Notes under the pieces: model-generated
Seen by the model: only the letters and a program-made list of their open reading frames with translations
Told to the model about the DNA's origin: nothing
Databases searched by the model: none
In this document: in pieces, positions 8,720 through 17,052 of the stretch
Layout of the letters: each line of letters starts with the position of its first letter
How positions within the stretch are numbered: the first letter of the stretch is position 1
Made by a program: the position numbers and the translations under genes
Virus record (IMG/VR): IMGVR_UViG_3300005512_000281
Span: 1 to 26,722 of that record
Reading direction: 5' to 3' (one strand)
Length of the DNA: 26,722 nucleotides
Origin: a virus
Taxonomy: Duplodnaviria > Caudoviricetes

Positions 8720-8924
8720 ATACACCAGAATAGAGGTTCTAGAAAACACGCTAGCTAAATACCAGAAACTGTTTATCCAGTTGCAGCCCGTGTTATCAAT
8801 GTTAGTCCGCAAGTATGCCGATGATGGACGAATATCTATAGAGGATTATAACACCATCAGTGATATGCTTATCGATTTATACTTTGACCGTCCAATTACG
8901 GAGACCAATAATTATGATGAGTAA
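8712..8924 (+). CDS. Hypothetical protein
   Basis: 70 aa, overlaps both neighbours in the operon. Confidence 0.6.
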   Translation: MNEYTRIEVLENTLAKYQKLFIQLQPVLSMLVRKYADDGRISIEDYNTISDMLIDLYFDRPITETNNYDE

Positions 8925-9054
8925 AGATTTCTGGACAATGTTTCTAGCTTTCTTTCTAGCAACATCTACAGTCTGGGGAATAGTGTTAACAGTGGAGCAC
9001 TATCACCCGAGAAAAACAGACTGTATCATTGATGGATTTCACCTAAGAAGGTAA
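8914..9054 (+). CDS. Small membrane protein
   Basis: GGAG RBS before ATG 8914; hydrophobic FWTMFLAFFLATSTVWGIVLTV. Confidence 0.55.
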   Translation: MMSKDFWTMFLAFFLATSTVWGIVLTVEHYHPRKTDCIIDGFHLRR

Positions 9055-9062
9055 TCAGGATT

Positions 9063-9087
9063 GACCTGGGCAAGTCTATAAACTGCC
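9063..9087 (+). repeat. 25-bp direct repeat A (putative RNA pseudoknot)
   Basis: GACCTGGGCAAGTCTATAAACTGCC, identical at 9737-9761. Confidence 0.9.
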
Positions 9088-9090
9088 TAG

Positions 9091-9160
9091 TGTTACAGTC
9101 TGGAAACTGGCACAACCTCTTTGCAGGAACTCGTAAGATACGCTATATTGGTAGTATAGA
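9091..9160 (+). promoter_or_regulatory. Palindromic-operator promoter, copy 4
   Basis: TGTTACAGT-N6-ACTGGCACA (9091-9114), TTGCAG-N17-TATATT (9121-9149), N4-GTATAGA. Confidence 0.85.
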
Positions 9161-9175
9161 AATTAGGAGAATCAC

Positions 9176-9727
9176 ATGGTATCACAAAAATGGCTAGAAC
9201 AACGCTTTGACCAAATGCTCACAAGGTTTGACGGTCTTGAGACAGAAGTCCGTGAACTTAAAACTGAAAATAAATTTCTTCGCTCCCAAGTGGAAAAACA
9301 GGGATTAATTATCCAAGAGCAGGGACTACTCATTCAAGAGCTATCCGCAAAAGTCGAAACTCTAGAAGCTAAAGTTGAGATAATTTGCAACCAGTTGAAA
9401 ACTATAGCCCCATTATTCCGTCATCTTCTAGAGTCAGATAACAGCTTACTGCTAGACCCTAACTATAAGGACGAGTTGCGGGATACATTAGACGCTATGG
9501 AGTTCTACAGTGCTAACGATATTGTAACAAGCTCGCCAGAGTATGAAGAAATCCTCAGTAACTACAAAAACGCTCACGGTTTTGGAAAGGCCCTATCGGG
9601 TGTTCTAAGTTTTCAACCACGAAAAATCCGTAACAAGGCAGGGTATCACTCGGAACTTGAAAAGCCGATCTACGATTGCGTTAGTAAACTATATCAATCC
9701 GGATTGTCAACATACAAGGTAGGGTAA
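9176..9727 (+). CDS. Coiled-coil/DNA-binding paralog 4 (183 aa, most diverged)
   Basis: AGGAG RBS; same N-terminus and C-domain, with short deletions. Confidence 0.85.
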   Translation: MVSQKWLEQRFDQMLTRFDGLETEVRELKTENKFLRSQVEKQGLIIQEQGLLIQELSAKVETLEAKVEIICNQLKTIAPLFRHLLESDNSLLLDPNYKDELRDTLDAMEFYSANDIVTSSPEYEEILSNYKNAHGFGKALSGVLSFQPRKIRNKAGYHSELEKPIYDCVSKLYQSGLSTYKVG

Positions 9728-9736
9728 GACTAGATA

Positions 9737-9761
9737 GACCTGGGCAAGTCTATAAACTGCC
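9737..9761 (+). repeat. 25-bp direct repeat B (putative RNA pseudoknot)
   Basis: Identical to 9063-9087. Confidence 0.9.
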
Positions 9762-9789
9762 CATTGCTGTCTTTACAAAAATATAGCCA

Positions 9790-11379
9790 ATGAGTATTGT
9801 TACATTCCCGGAACGTGTCCAAACTTACCTAAATAAGCCTAATTCTAAAAGATTACCATTTAGCTGCACATTAGGGGTTTTGTCAGGTACGTCTAAAGTA
9901 TCAGAGATATTGGAATTTGCCACTCACTCATTGAAAGCGGGCGCAGGGGTTAAAATTGTAATTGATGAAACATACAGACTCCCCAAGCCTAATGATAACC
10001 TAAACCTAATGGTAATTCTAGACCCTGACCATTCTGACTGGAATTTTCTAGAACAAGATACAGGGGGCAATGTCTGGGGAGAAAATTATATTGACTCAGC
10101 CCTTAAAATAACCGTAAAAGACAATATCACATCTATTGCAGCCAGTTTCCGGGCTATTGAGAACGCTGTAGTAAACGGGTATAAGGATATTGCAATCGAC
10201 CTATCGGAACTACGACCAAGAGATAGTGTAAACTCTGATGGCATAATAGCCAGTGGCCCATCCCAATTTATAGATATTTATCATGCTTTAGAGTATTACC
10301 TTAGTCATGGCAGCATTCACTCTCTGCTTAGGTTATTAGGTGTTTTAAATGATGTTATCCTGCGAGGAGGTCAGAAAAAAGGTATTATCACAAGTGCTAT
10401 ACATAGTGCTAGCCCTTATCTAGAAGATTATCTAGATGTCCCATTAGTCTCATTGCGAGGTTCCCATAAGAAAGGGGTTATTCTCCACAAGGAGTGGCTT
10501 GGTGATGATATTATGCAGAAAATCTTCGACAAGATTAATACTGAGTCTATGTTTATTCAGAAAGAGAATGAGGATTCCGAGCTATACAGTAATGTATGTA
10601 TGGGAATTAGTCTAAGGGATAAGGGTACTTGTTTAATTGGGCGTGTCAACCTGGGTCAGGTTACGGAATTTAGTCAGATAGTCCAGGCTTATAAAATGGC
10701 TACTTATAAGACAATGGAAATCATGCTATCGTGGCGCAAGACCAGCTCTAAAGCTAGCACCTGGGCAAGTATTGAGGATGACTTACAGGTAGCTATTGAC
10801 CCTATGGGGCTAGCTAATCTATTAGCAAGATTTGAGTATTCCTATGAATATTTTGTTAATGAGATGTCTAGTCCTAATACCACTGACAGCCTAATTCTAG
10901 CACTACGGGAAGCATATAAGGAGTCTACAAAGGTAGCTGATTTGTTCTGCGAGGAGAATGGGCTACCAAAGATGGAGCGAATTCATTGTGTTGAGCCAGC
11001 TCAAACCCATAGTTACCGGACAGTAGATGTAGACGGGTATACAACCTGTCGGGGAATCTGGCCACCTTTCTCACGTATTGTAAACCGTATGTCAGACAGG
11101 GAAGAAATTTCTACTTTTGACCATGGGCCAGTAGAAACAAAGATTTCCCCTGAGCTACATTTTGAACTCTGTAACCAGTGGCAAAAAATGATGGATACCT
11201 ATGGCCGCCCTCACACAATTAGTTACGATACTTGGGAAAATTTTAATGCTAAAGTCTACAAAAAGTGGTATAATAGTTACTTAAGAACACTTTACTACAA
11301 CTTCACTGACACCTACAATGACGACTATGCCCGTAAACGGGTAAAACAAGTTAGCTTGTGTAGTGTATGTGAAGCATAG
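9790..11379 (+). CDS. nrdA: Ribonucleotide reductase alpha subunit, compact cyanophage-type class I
   Basis: RLPFSCT, DLSELRP..ASGP, RGG, NVC, GTCL..VNLG, LYY radical-relay pair, C-terminal CSVC; a ferritin-like beta gene lies downstream. Confidence 0.8.
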   Translation: MSIVTFPERVQTYLNKPNSKRLPFSCTLGVLSGTSKVSEILEFATHSLKAGAGVKIVIDETYRLPKPNDNLNLMVILDPDHSDWNFLEQDTGGNVWGENYIDSALKITVKDNITSIAASFRAIENAVVNGYKDIAIDLSELRPRDSVNSDGIIASGPSQFIDIYHALEYYLSHGSIHSLLRLLGVLNDVILRGGQKKGIITSAIHSASPYLEDYLDVPLVSLRGSHKKGVILHKEWLGDDIMQKIFDKINTESMFIQKENEDSELYSNVCMGISLRDKGTCLIGRVNLGQVTEFSQIVQAYKMATYKTMEIMLSWRKTSSKASTWASIEDDLQVAIDPMGLANLLARFEYSYEYFVNEMSSPNTTDSLILALREAYKESTKVADLFCEENGLPKMERIHCVEPAQTHSYRTVDVDGYTTCRGIWPPFSRIVNRMSDREEISTFDHGPVETKISPELHFELCNQWQKMMDTYGRPHTISYDTWENFNAKVYKKWYNSYLRTLYYNFTDTYNDDYARKRVKQVSLCSVCEA

Positions 11380-11392
11380 ACCATACTATCTA

Positions 11393-11409
11393 AGGGGGCT
11401 AGTCCCCCT
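11393..11409. promoter_or_regulatory. GC-rich palindrome (RNA hairpin or HetR-like box)
   Basis: AGGGGG-CTAGT-CCCCCT between the nrdA stop and the next ATG, with no U-tract. Confidence 0.4.
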
Positions 11410-11413
11410 AACC

Positions 11414-11821
11414 ATGATGAAATTATTAGACCAATTGATTGAAAAGTTCCCCAACAACCCAGATATATACAGTCGATATCTGGGAGAGCCTAGTCTGCAA
11501 GAACTCGTTTGGCGTTTAATTGAGTCCTACCAGATGCCAGAAGATTTCCTATTAGGAATGAGTATCCGGCAACAGTTGTCAGCTATGATGGAAGCATTGA
11601 CAATTGCTCCCGAATTATACAAAGACTATCAAACCGAGTACTATCTCACAATAGATGAGCACATATTAAAGGCTCGAGTAGCTGGTACAGGGCTAGATGA
11701 TGTCCCAGCAGAAGAATTAAAGTTAAGTGTAGTAACTTCAATTATCCAATTAGACTTAGCCTCATGGCTAGAATTGCAATTAGATGCCATTTCAACTCTC
11801 TACGGTAGAGCCATTACCTAG
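11414..11821 (+). CDS. Hypothetical protein
   Basis: Track ORF 11363-11821; in-frame ATG 11414 after the palindrome preferred. Confidence 0.65.
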   Translation: MMKLLDQLIEKFPNNPDIYSRYLGEPSLQELVWRLIESYQMPEDFLLGMSIRQQLSAMMEALTIAPELYKDYQTEYYLTIDEHILKARVAGTGLDDVPAEELKLSVVTSIIQLDLASWLELQLDAISTLYGRAIT

Positions 11822-11987
11822 CATTGCTTCTAGTAATAGAAGTGTAAAGGTAACCCATACAACAAACCTAGCTACTTCTGACCCGGTTCGAGTAGCTTTT
11901 TTAACGTCCCCCCTAGAGTATGAAGCTAGGCTACTTATCCAGAAAATATTAGATTTAGAAATTCAGACACGATATGACCTCTATTAA
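11784..11987 (+). CDS. Hypothetical protein
   Basis: 67 aa, fills the gap before nrdB. Confidence 0.45.
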   Translation: MPFQLSTVEPLPSIASSNRSVKVTHTTNLATSDPVRVAFLTSPLEYEARLLIQKILDLEIQTRYDLY

Positions 11988-12783
11988 CGATTTATATGTA
12001 TCACGCTGTCACAAAATTGGTGACCGTTTTGTGCCCCATTTCTGGAATCCAGAACCAGTTAATTACTATCAACCGTGCCTGTACGGAGATTCTAGAAAAC
12101 CAGCTAACCAAGATGAGATAGGAATTCTAAGGAGAATTATTGGCATAGGACTAGAACTGGAAATAGAAGCAGGTAAGCTTGTTTTAGCGGGTTTAAATAA
12201 GGAGCTACCTACCGCTGATAGTGCACTAAAGCCGTTACTGAAAAGCAATGCAGCCGATGAGTCCCGACACTATAAGGGGTTTCAGAATGCAGCGAAAACT
12301 TATGGTAGTGATACCCAGGGTCTAGGTGAAATAGTTAAAGAGTGGTTAGACCTAGCGGATAAAACCCATCCTATCTATGTTACTGCTGTTCTTGAATCTA
12401 GTCTATTTTTAGTGACCTTAGGATTAATGAGGATAGCAGGGTCACCTTCAATTACACGTCTATCATTTGAGATAGCCAAAGATGAGTATCGACACGCTGC
12501 CACTAACGTTGCAGTTAGCAAGGCATTAGGTTTGTGGGAATACCAAGACCTTCTAGAATCATCCTTAGAGTGGTTATTTCAGAATAAATCCATAAGACTA
12601 CATAATAACAAAAAACTCACGTTAGACGATGGATTAAGGTACTCTAGAGAGCTATTTTATAACTTAGAGTCACCGGAGTTAGACAGCTTATCGACTTACT
12701 CCACTCATAACCTTCCTTTTGAGCTAAGAAATGATTATATGTACACAGAGAGAGTTGTAGATGAGAACTATAGCATTGCCTAA
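11974..12783 (+). CDS. nrdB: Ribonucleotide reductase beta subunit (ferritin-like)
   Basis: Dimetal ligands ELEIE, DESRH, VLES, DEYRH; WNP near the N-terminus. Confidence 0.75.
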   Translation: MTSINDLYVSRCHKIGDRFVPHFWNPEPVNYYQPCLYGDSRKPANQDEIGILRRIIGIGLELEIEAGKLVLAGLNKELPTADSALKPLLKSNAADESRHYKGFQNAAKTYGSDTQGLGEIVKEWLDLADKTHPIYVTAVLESSLFLVTLGLMRIAGSPSITRLSFEIAKDEYRHAATNVAVSKALGLWEYQDLLESSLEWLFQNKSIRLHNNKKLTLDDGLRYSRELFYNLESPELDSLSTYSTHNLPFELRNDYMYTERVVDENYSIA

Positions 12784-13246
12784 ATCCGTTCTCGAGAGTA
12801 TTAGAACTATCCCTGAGGGAATTATGTGTAGAACTATCCGACAGTTTGAACCAACTGGGAAGGAAGGGTTTCTCAAGACATTTCCCCAGGGGTATTCCTT
12901 ATCCAAGGATTTACTTCTAGAGTACAGTGATAGCCACCTCCAGACCCTGATGAGGCTGCTTTTTACTAAAACATCACCAGAGCACTGTTATAGGGATTAT
13001 CTGTACCACACCTATCCAACAGCGGAGATGGAGGTACACCTAGAGTGCGGTATCGTGGATATTATGACCAGCTCCCACTGCATAGAGGTAAAAAGGGCTA
13101 AAACCTGGAAGCATAGCCTAGGTCAAGTCCTAAGCTATGCTTTTTGTAGTGGTAAATTACCTGCTGTGGCTTTAATAGGGGAGATACCGCCAATAGCCCG
13201 GGATATACTATCTTATTACCAGGTAGACATCATAGCGTTACCCTAA
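12761..13246 (+). CDS. PD-(D/E)XK nuclease-like protein
   Basis: EVHLECGIVDIMT..CIEVK..WKHSLGQVLSY. Confidence 0.65.
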   Translation: MRTIALPKSVLESIRTIPEGIMCRTIRQFEPTGKEGFLKTFPQGYSLSKDLLLEYSDSHLQTLMRLLFTKTSPEHCYRDYLYHTYPTAEMEVHLECGIVDIMTSSHCIEVKRAKTWKHSLGQVLSYAFCSGKLPAVALIGEIPPIARDILSYYQVDIIALP

Positions 13247-13418
13247 GTATACATATCATTCGTACTGCCACTAAGATGCAGATAAAAAGTACCAACGTAG
13301 GCGGGAGGTAAGTAAATAATAAGTACCAGAGGAAAATTCTCAATAAGAGAACTATCGTCTTTAGACCCCACTCAAAAGGTTCCCGGATAAACAAATAGTC
13401 AATAGTTTTTTCTAGCAT
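13230..13418 (-). CDS. Possible small two-TM membrane protein
   Basis: 62 hydrophobic aa exactly filling the gap between two + genes; its ATG overlaps the thyA ATG. Confidence 0.45.
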   Translation of the reverse strand: MLEKTIDYLFIREPFEWGLKTIVLLLRIFLWYLLFTYLPPTLVLFICILVAVRMICILRVTL

Positions 13419-14538
13419 GGATTATCTCGATAACTACCCTAATTCTAGCATAGACTTAAACCAAAATGCAATACCCAGCAACATTGGAACCTATTCAGCC
13501 ATAGTAACTGGGTGGACTGACCCCTCAAAAGTACCATGGGAACTGTTCCCTAACTCCCTAGTCAGAGGGCATCTGTACTCTGTAGCAGGGGTTGAGAGGC
13601 TAATAGTCAACTTGAGTCATAACCCTCAGGTGGACAGAGTGTATCTGCTAAAACTTTCAATATACGATAGTAACAGTGGGTCTATAGACTTAGCTAGTCA
13701 ACGCCTGAATGATATTGGGTTTCCCTATAGTGTAATCACTGACCTGTCTGAGGTTCAAAAGCTAGATTATGGTAACAGACCTAAACTTGAACCTCTAAAG
13801 CCCCTGACTAGTGTAACATCGTCTGATACCAGCATGGATGGACTAATAGTAAAAGGTAGTAACCTAGACCTGATGCAAGCCAAGATAATGGATTATATTT
13901 TAAGGCTGGGGGAGTATAACCCTGTTAGAGGTTTCACTGCATTACCTTGCATCACATCCGTACTACACCCTTTACCTGTACCGGAATATCACCCGTACTT
14001 TGACCAGTGGACAAGACCACGCCCAGATAACACTGTGGAGTACACCTATGGTGACTTCTTAGCGAATAATCTAGATATTCTCGCTACGCTGGACAATAGT
14101 ACACAACGTGTGATACACCTAGAATTAGACTCAAAACATCCACCTTGCCTTGCCATGGTACAGCGGTATAGAGACCGCCTTATAGCAACATTCCGGAGCC
14201 ATGACATTGGGCAAGCCTATAAACCAAACCTAGAGGCACTCTGTTACCTAGCATCCAAACTAGCAGATATCAAGACACTGATAGTAGTGTCTAACGTGCC
14301 ACACCTATATGACTGGGATAGACCAAACCTTGCTGCTGGGTTTGTTCCTGACCCTATAGGGAATTTCACAGTTTATTACCTAGATGGTAAGTTCTGTATA
14401 GAACAGGACGGGTCTTTGATTGTTCAGGCAAAAAGTAGAAGGGGGATAGTCCGAAAACTAGCCCGATTATACCCACAAATGGATTTAGAGCATTCGTTCT
14501 ACCTATTTAGCCAAATTGCTGCGAGTAAAAAGTGTTGA
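13417..14538 (+). CDS. thyA: Thymidylate synthase, cyanobacterial-type fusion (MtrA-like N-domain, TS core, DUF4346-like C-domain)
   Basis: TGWT..GHLYS..G...L..NP; YTYG; PPCL catalytic Cys; FRSHD....PN; DPIGNF. Confidence 0.7.
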   Translation: MDYLDNYPNSSIDLNQNAIPSNIGTYSAIVTGWTDPSKVPWELFPNSLVRGHLYSVAGVERLIVNLSHNPQVDRVYLLKLSIYDSNSGSIDLASQRLNDIGFPYSVITDLSEVQKLDYGNRPKLEPLKPLTSVTSSDTSMDGLIVKGSNLDLMQAKIMDYILRLGEYNPVRGFTALPCITSVLHPLPVPEYHPYFDQWTRPRPDNTVEYTYGDFLANNLDILATLDNSTQRVIHLELDSKHPPCLAMVQRYRDRLIATFRSHDIGQAYKPNLEALCYLASKLADIKTLIVVSNVPHLYDWDRPNLAAGFVPDPIGNFTVYYLDGKFCIEQDGSLIVQAKSRRGIVRKLARLYPQMDLEHSFYLFSQIAASKKC

Positions 14539-14800
14539 CATAGTCCTCAGTCCAGAGGGCATGTATAGCTGGTTCGTAAAAGTTAACCAGTCTATCTACG
14601 CAGTCTTGGTCTAGAACAGAACCGTCGGAGGATAGGGCTTGAACTAGGTCTAAATTAGCAGTGGGAGGGACAGTAACACGCCAGATTTCAGGGCTGCCTA
14701 TAGGCTCACCGTTTGGTTTAAACCATTGACAAGAACGACAGAACCCTAAGCTCCCATTACTACAAAAGGTTATTGAATTCAGATTATATTTGTAATCCAT
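14507..14800 (-). CDS. Hypothetical protein, possible tail-fibre chaperone
   Basis: 97 aa immediately downstream of the tail fibre on the same strand. Confidence 0.55.
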   Translation of the reverse strand: MDYKYNLNSITFCSNGSLGFCRSCQWFKPNGEPIGSPEIWRVTVPPTANLDLVQALSSDGSVLDQDCVDRLVNFYEPAIHALWTEDYVNTFYSQQFG

Positions 14801-14805
14801 TTTGA

Positions 14806-16551
14806 TTATATGTCAGTAGTTACATATGTTCCAGAAATCCGCATCTCCATATTGTCAGCCATCTGATTATTGGTCACACTGGCGAATGACATAGTACTTC
14901 CAATAGTAACTTGTAATCTTAGGTTACCATCTGCTGCACTATACATAGTCAGATGCGAGTTCAGGGGGAATCCGACCGTATTTCTTAACCGGATGCTCCA
15001 GTTCCAGTCACCCGCCGCAGGCGGAAAAGGGAGGCCCCCTATCGTGACTGCATTTGTTGTATTGTCAGCAGCGGATATAGAGATTGTTGTATTATAGATA
15101 TGAACTAAACCTCCAATTCGGCTATAAGCCCCAATTTGGGATGTATAAGTCCACCCTGTCCCCATTGTAAAGTAAGGAGTCCAGGAACCCTCCTCTACTG
15201 GGATAGTGGCTTCAGTGTGAATCTGCTGACCAAACACTCGCCCTATTTGTGTACTAGAGGATAATTGTAAGGGGTGTGGTGCACTCCATGACCCACTACC
15301 GTCTCCGTAATTAGTTAAAATATACCAATGACCTCCGCCAGCCATGGGCCACCAACTATCAAAACCATCATCATCCTTGAATCTAATGCTAGGGCTAGCG
15401 CCGTACAATACAAGGCCATCTGTAGATGTTTGAATTTTTGTGATATTCCCTGCTAAGGTAAAATCACCTGATGTCTGAACAACAGAACTAGGTAATACAG
15501 AGGTGGCTAATGTGCCGCTAGTAATCTGGCTAGCCGGGAGACTAGGGATTCTAGCCGTACCAAATACTCCAGATGAAATTTTACTAGCATCTAGATTTGG
15601 TATTTGACTAGCAGTCCAGACTGTACCAGTGTGTATATGGTTATTGAAGGTAGTAGATAGACTATCCACCTGTGTCTGACTAGCCTTACCCGTAATGTCT
15701 GAGGAATTAGTGCTAATCTGGTTTGCATTTAAGGTAACTTGACTCTGGATACCATCAACTTTAGCGGTCTCTACTTCTGCACTAGTTAATCGAGTGTCCA
15801 GGGATTCAATATTAGCTAGATTTGTGGTAGTAATAGACCTGAGACCAGGTATGTTATCAACTTCACCTATACCATCCTCTAGGACTGTAACCCTGTTATC
15901 TACTATATCTAAATCAGCTTGGTCAGCCTTATTACCAATATCAGATTGAAGACTTGATATCTGACTATTATTGGAACTAACTGAACTAGTCAAAGTATCA
16001 ATATCGCTAGAGTTATCACTAGCCACTATCTCAACAGCAGCTACATCAGATTCAATCCCAGGTATTTTACCTACTGCCGTACTATGACTCTGAGTTAAGA
16101 TATCTAAGGCTGTAATATTGGACTGGATATCTTCAATTAATAAATCTTGAGCTGCTTGAGAGATTTCCAAAGCATCTACCTTAGGTTGTAAGACAATAGG
16201 AGATGTATTCTCTAAAGCTTCTAACCTGACTAGTACCCCGGGGCTTAGGTCAATATCTTCAAATATAATATAATCAGCATAGTCCCCAGTTACGGTGTCA
16301 CCGGGTATAGACAGACGGTACTTTATCCCCCCTGGATGCTCTACTTGATATAAAGCAACATTGTCCGCCTCTAGATTATTCCATAGGTCAATAGTAAAGT
16401 CACCGTTCTCATCTGGGGTTACTTCCCATTGAGAGCCTAAGTAGATTTTATTCTCAGCCTGTACAATTCCAATAGAATATAGAGTAATACTAAAGGCATC
16501 AGTTACAGGCTCATTTTTAGCATTAACTAGTTTTCCTGTTAAATTTGCCAT
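14806..16551 (-). CDS. Tail fibre / receptor-binding protein
   Basis: N-terminal beta module (LTGKLVNAKNEPV..TPDENGDFTIDL), long Ser/Thr-rich coiled coil, IPxLxASxIxSG repeats (about 15490-15612), C-terminal EGSWTP..GAYSRIGGLVH..GLPF head. Confidence 0.8.
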   Translation of the reverse strand: MANLTGKLVNAKNEPVTDAFSITLYSIGIVQAENKIYLGSQWEVTPDENGDFTIDLWNNLEADNVALYQVEHPGGIKYRLSIPGDTVTGDYADYIIFEDIDLSPGVLVRLEALENTSPIVLQPKVDALEISQAAQDLLIEDIQSNITALDILTQSHSTAVGKIPGIESDVAAVEIVASDNSSDIDTLTSSVSSNNSQISSLQSDIGNKADQADLDIVDNRVTVLEDGIGEVDNIPGLRSITTTNLANIESLDTRLTSAEVETAKVDGIQSQVTLNANQISTNSSDITGKASQTQVDSLSTTFNNHIHTGTVWTASQIPNLDASKISSGVFGTARIPSLPASQITSGTLATSVLPSSVVQTSGDFTLAGNITKIQTSTDGLVLYGASPSIRFKDDDGFDSWWPMAGGGHWYILTNYGDGSGSWSAPHPLQLSSSTQIGRVFGQQIHTEATIPVEEGSWTPYFTMGTGWTYTSQIGAYSRIGGLVHIYNTTISISAADNTTNAVTIGGLPFPPAAGDWNWSIRLRNTVGFPLNSHLTMYSAADGNLRLQVTIGSTMSFASVTNNQMADNMEMRISGTYVTTDI

Positions 16552-16552
16552 T

Positions 16553-16996
16553 TTAGAAAATTACTAAATTGTTCCCATCTAAAGAATAAGAGTTACCTGT
16601 ATATACGCCTTGTGGTAGCCAAGTGGTTTCCCCACTGGAGAAAGTATAGCTCCCATCAGACCCATTTTCGTTAAATGGTACAGGGTATCCTACCACTACC
16701 TCTAGCTCATCAGTATTGATAATGCGATAGTACTCACTAAGAGTACCATACATAGTTAGATGAACATCCCCATTCCCACTAGCCAACAAACTATGTCCAT
16801 ACCCTAAACCCTTCCCTATGAGGTCACCAGATATTACCATAGTCCCACCTCCATTAGGGGCTTGAATTTTGAAGCTGATTCCTATGCTAGCGCTGGCTGT
16901 GAAAATTAATCCCTCAGTACCAGCGGTAAATAGATTAATATCGGTTGCATTTATATTAAAGTTTGAATATGTTAATATCTGTTTCATTTTGTACAC
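16553..16996 (-). CDS. Putative structural protein
   Basis: Gly/Ser/Thr-rich beta-type ORF coupled to the tail fibre; the start may be ATG 16987. Confidence 0.6.
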   Translation of the reverse strand: MYKMKQILTYSNFNINATDINLFTAGTEGLIFTASASIGISFKIQAPNGGGTMVISGDLIGKGLGYGHSLLASGNGDVHLTMYGTLSEYYRIINTDELEVVVGYPVPFNENGSDGSYTFSSGETTWLPQGVYTGNSYSLDGNNLVIF

Positions 16997-17010
16997 GGGC
17001 TACTTACTTA

Positions 17011-17044
17011 AAAAGTAATACCCCCTAGTTGGGGAACTAAGGGG
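17011..17044 (-). terminator. Intrinsic terminator of ORF 17053-17223
   Basis: Minus strand CCCCUUAGUU-CCCC-AACUAGGGGG, then UAUUACUUUU. Confidence 0.65.
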
Positions 17045-17052
17045 TCTGATAA

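Noticed and set aside
6468-9727. Diversity-generating retroelement behind the paralog or tail-fibre variation
   Set aside because: No reverse transcriptase; differences are indels and mixed substitutions, not adenine-specific.
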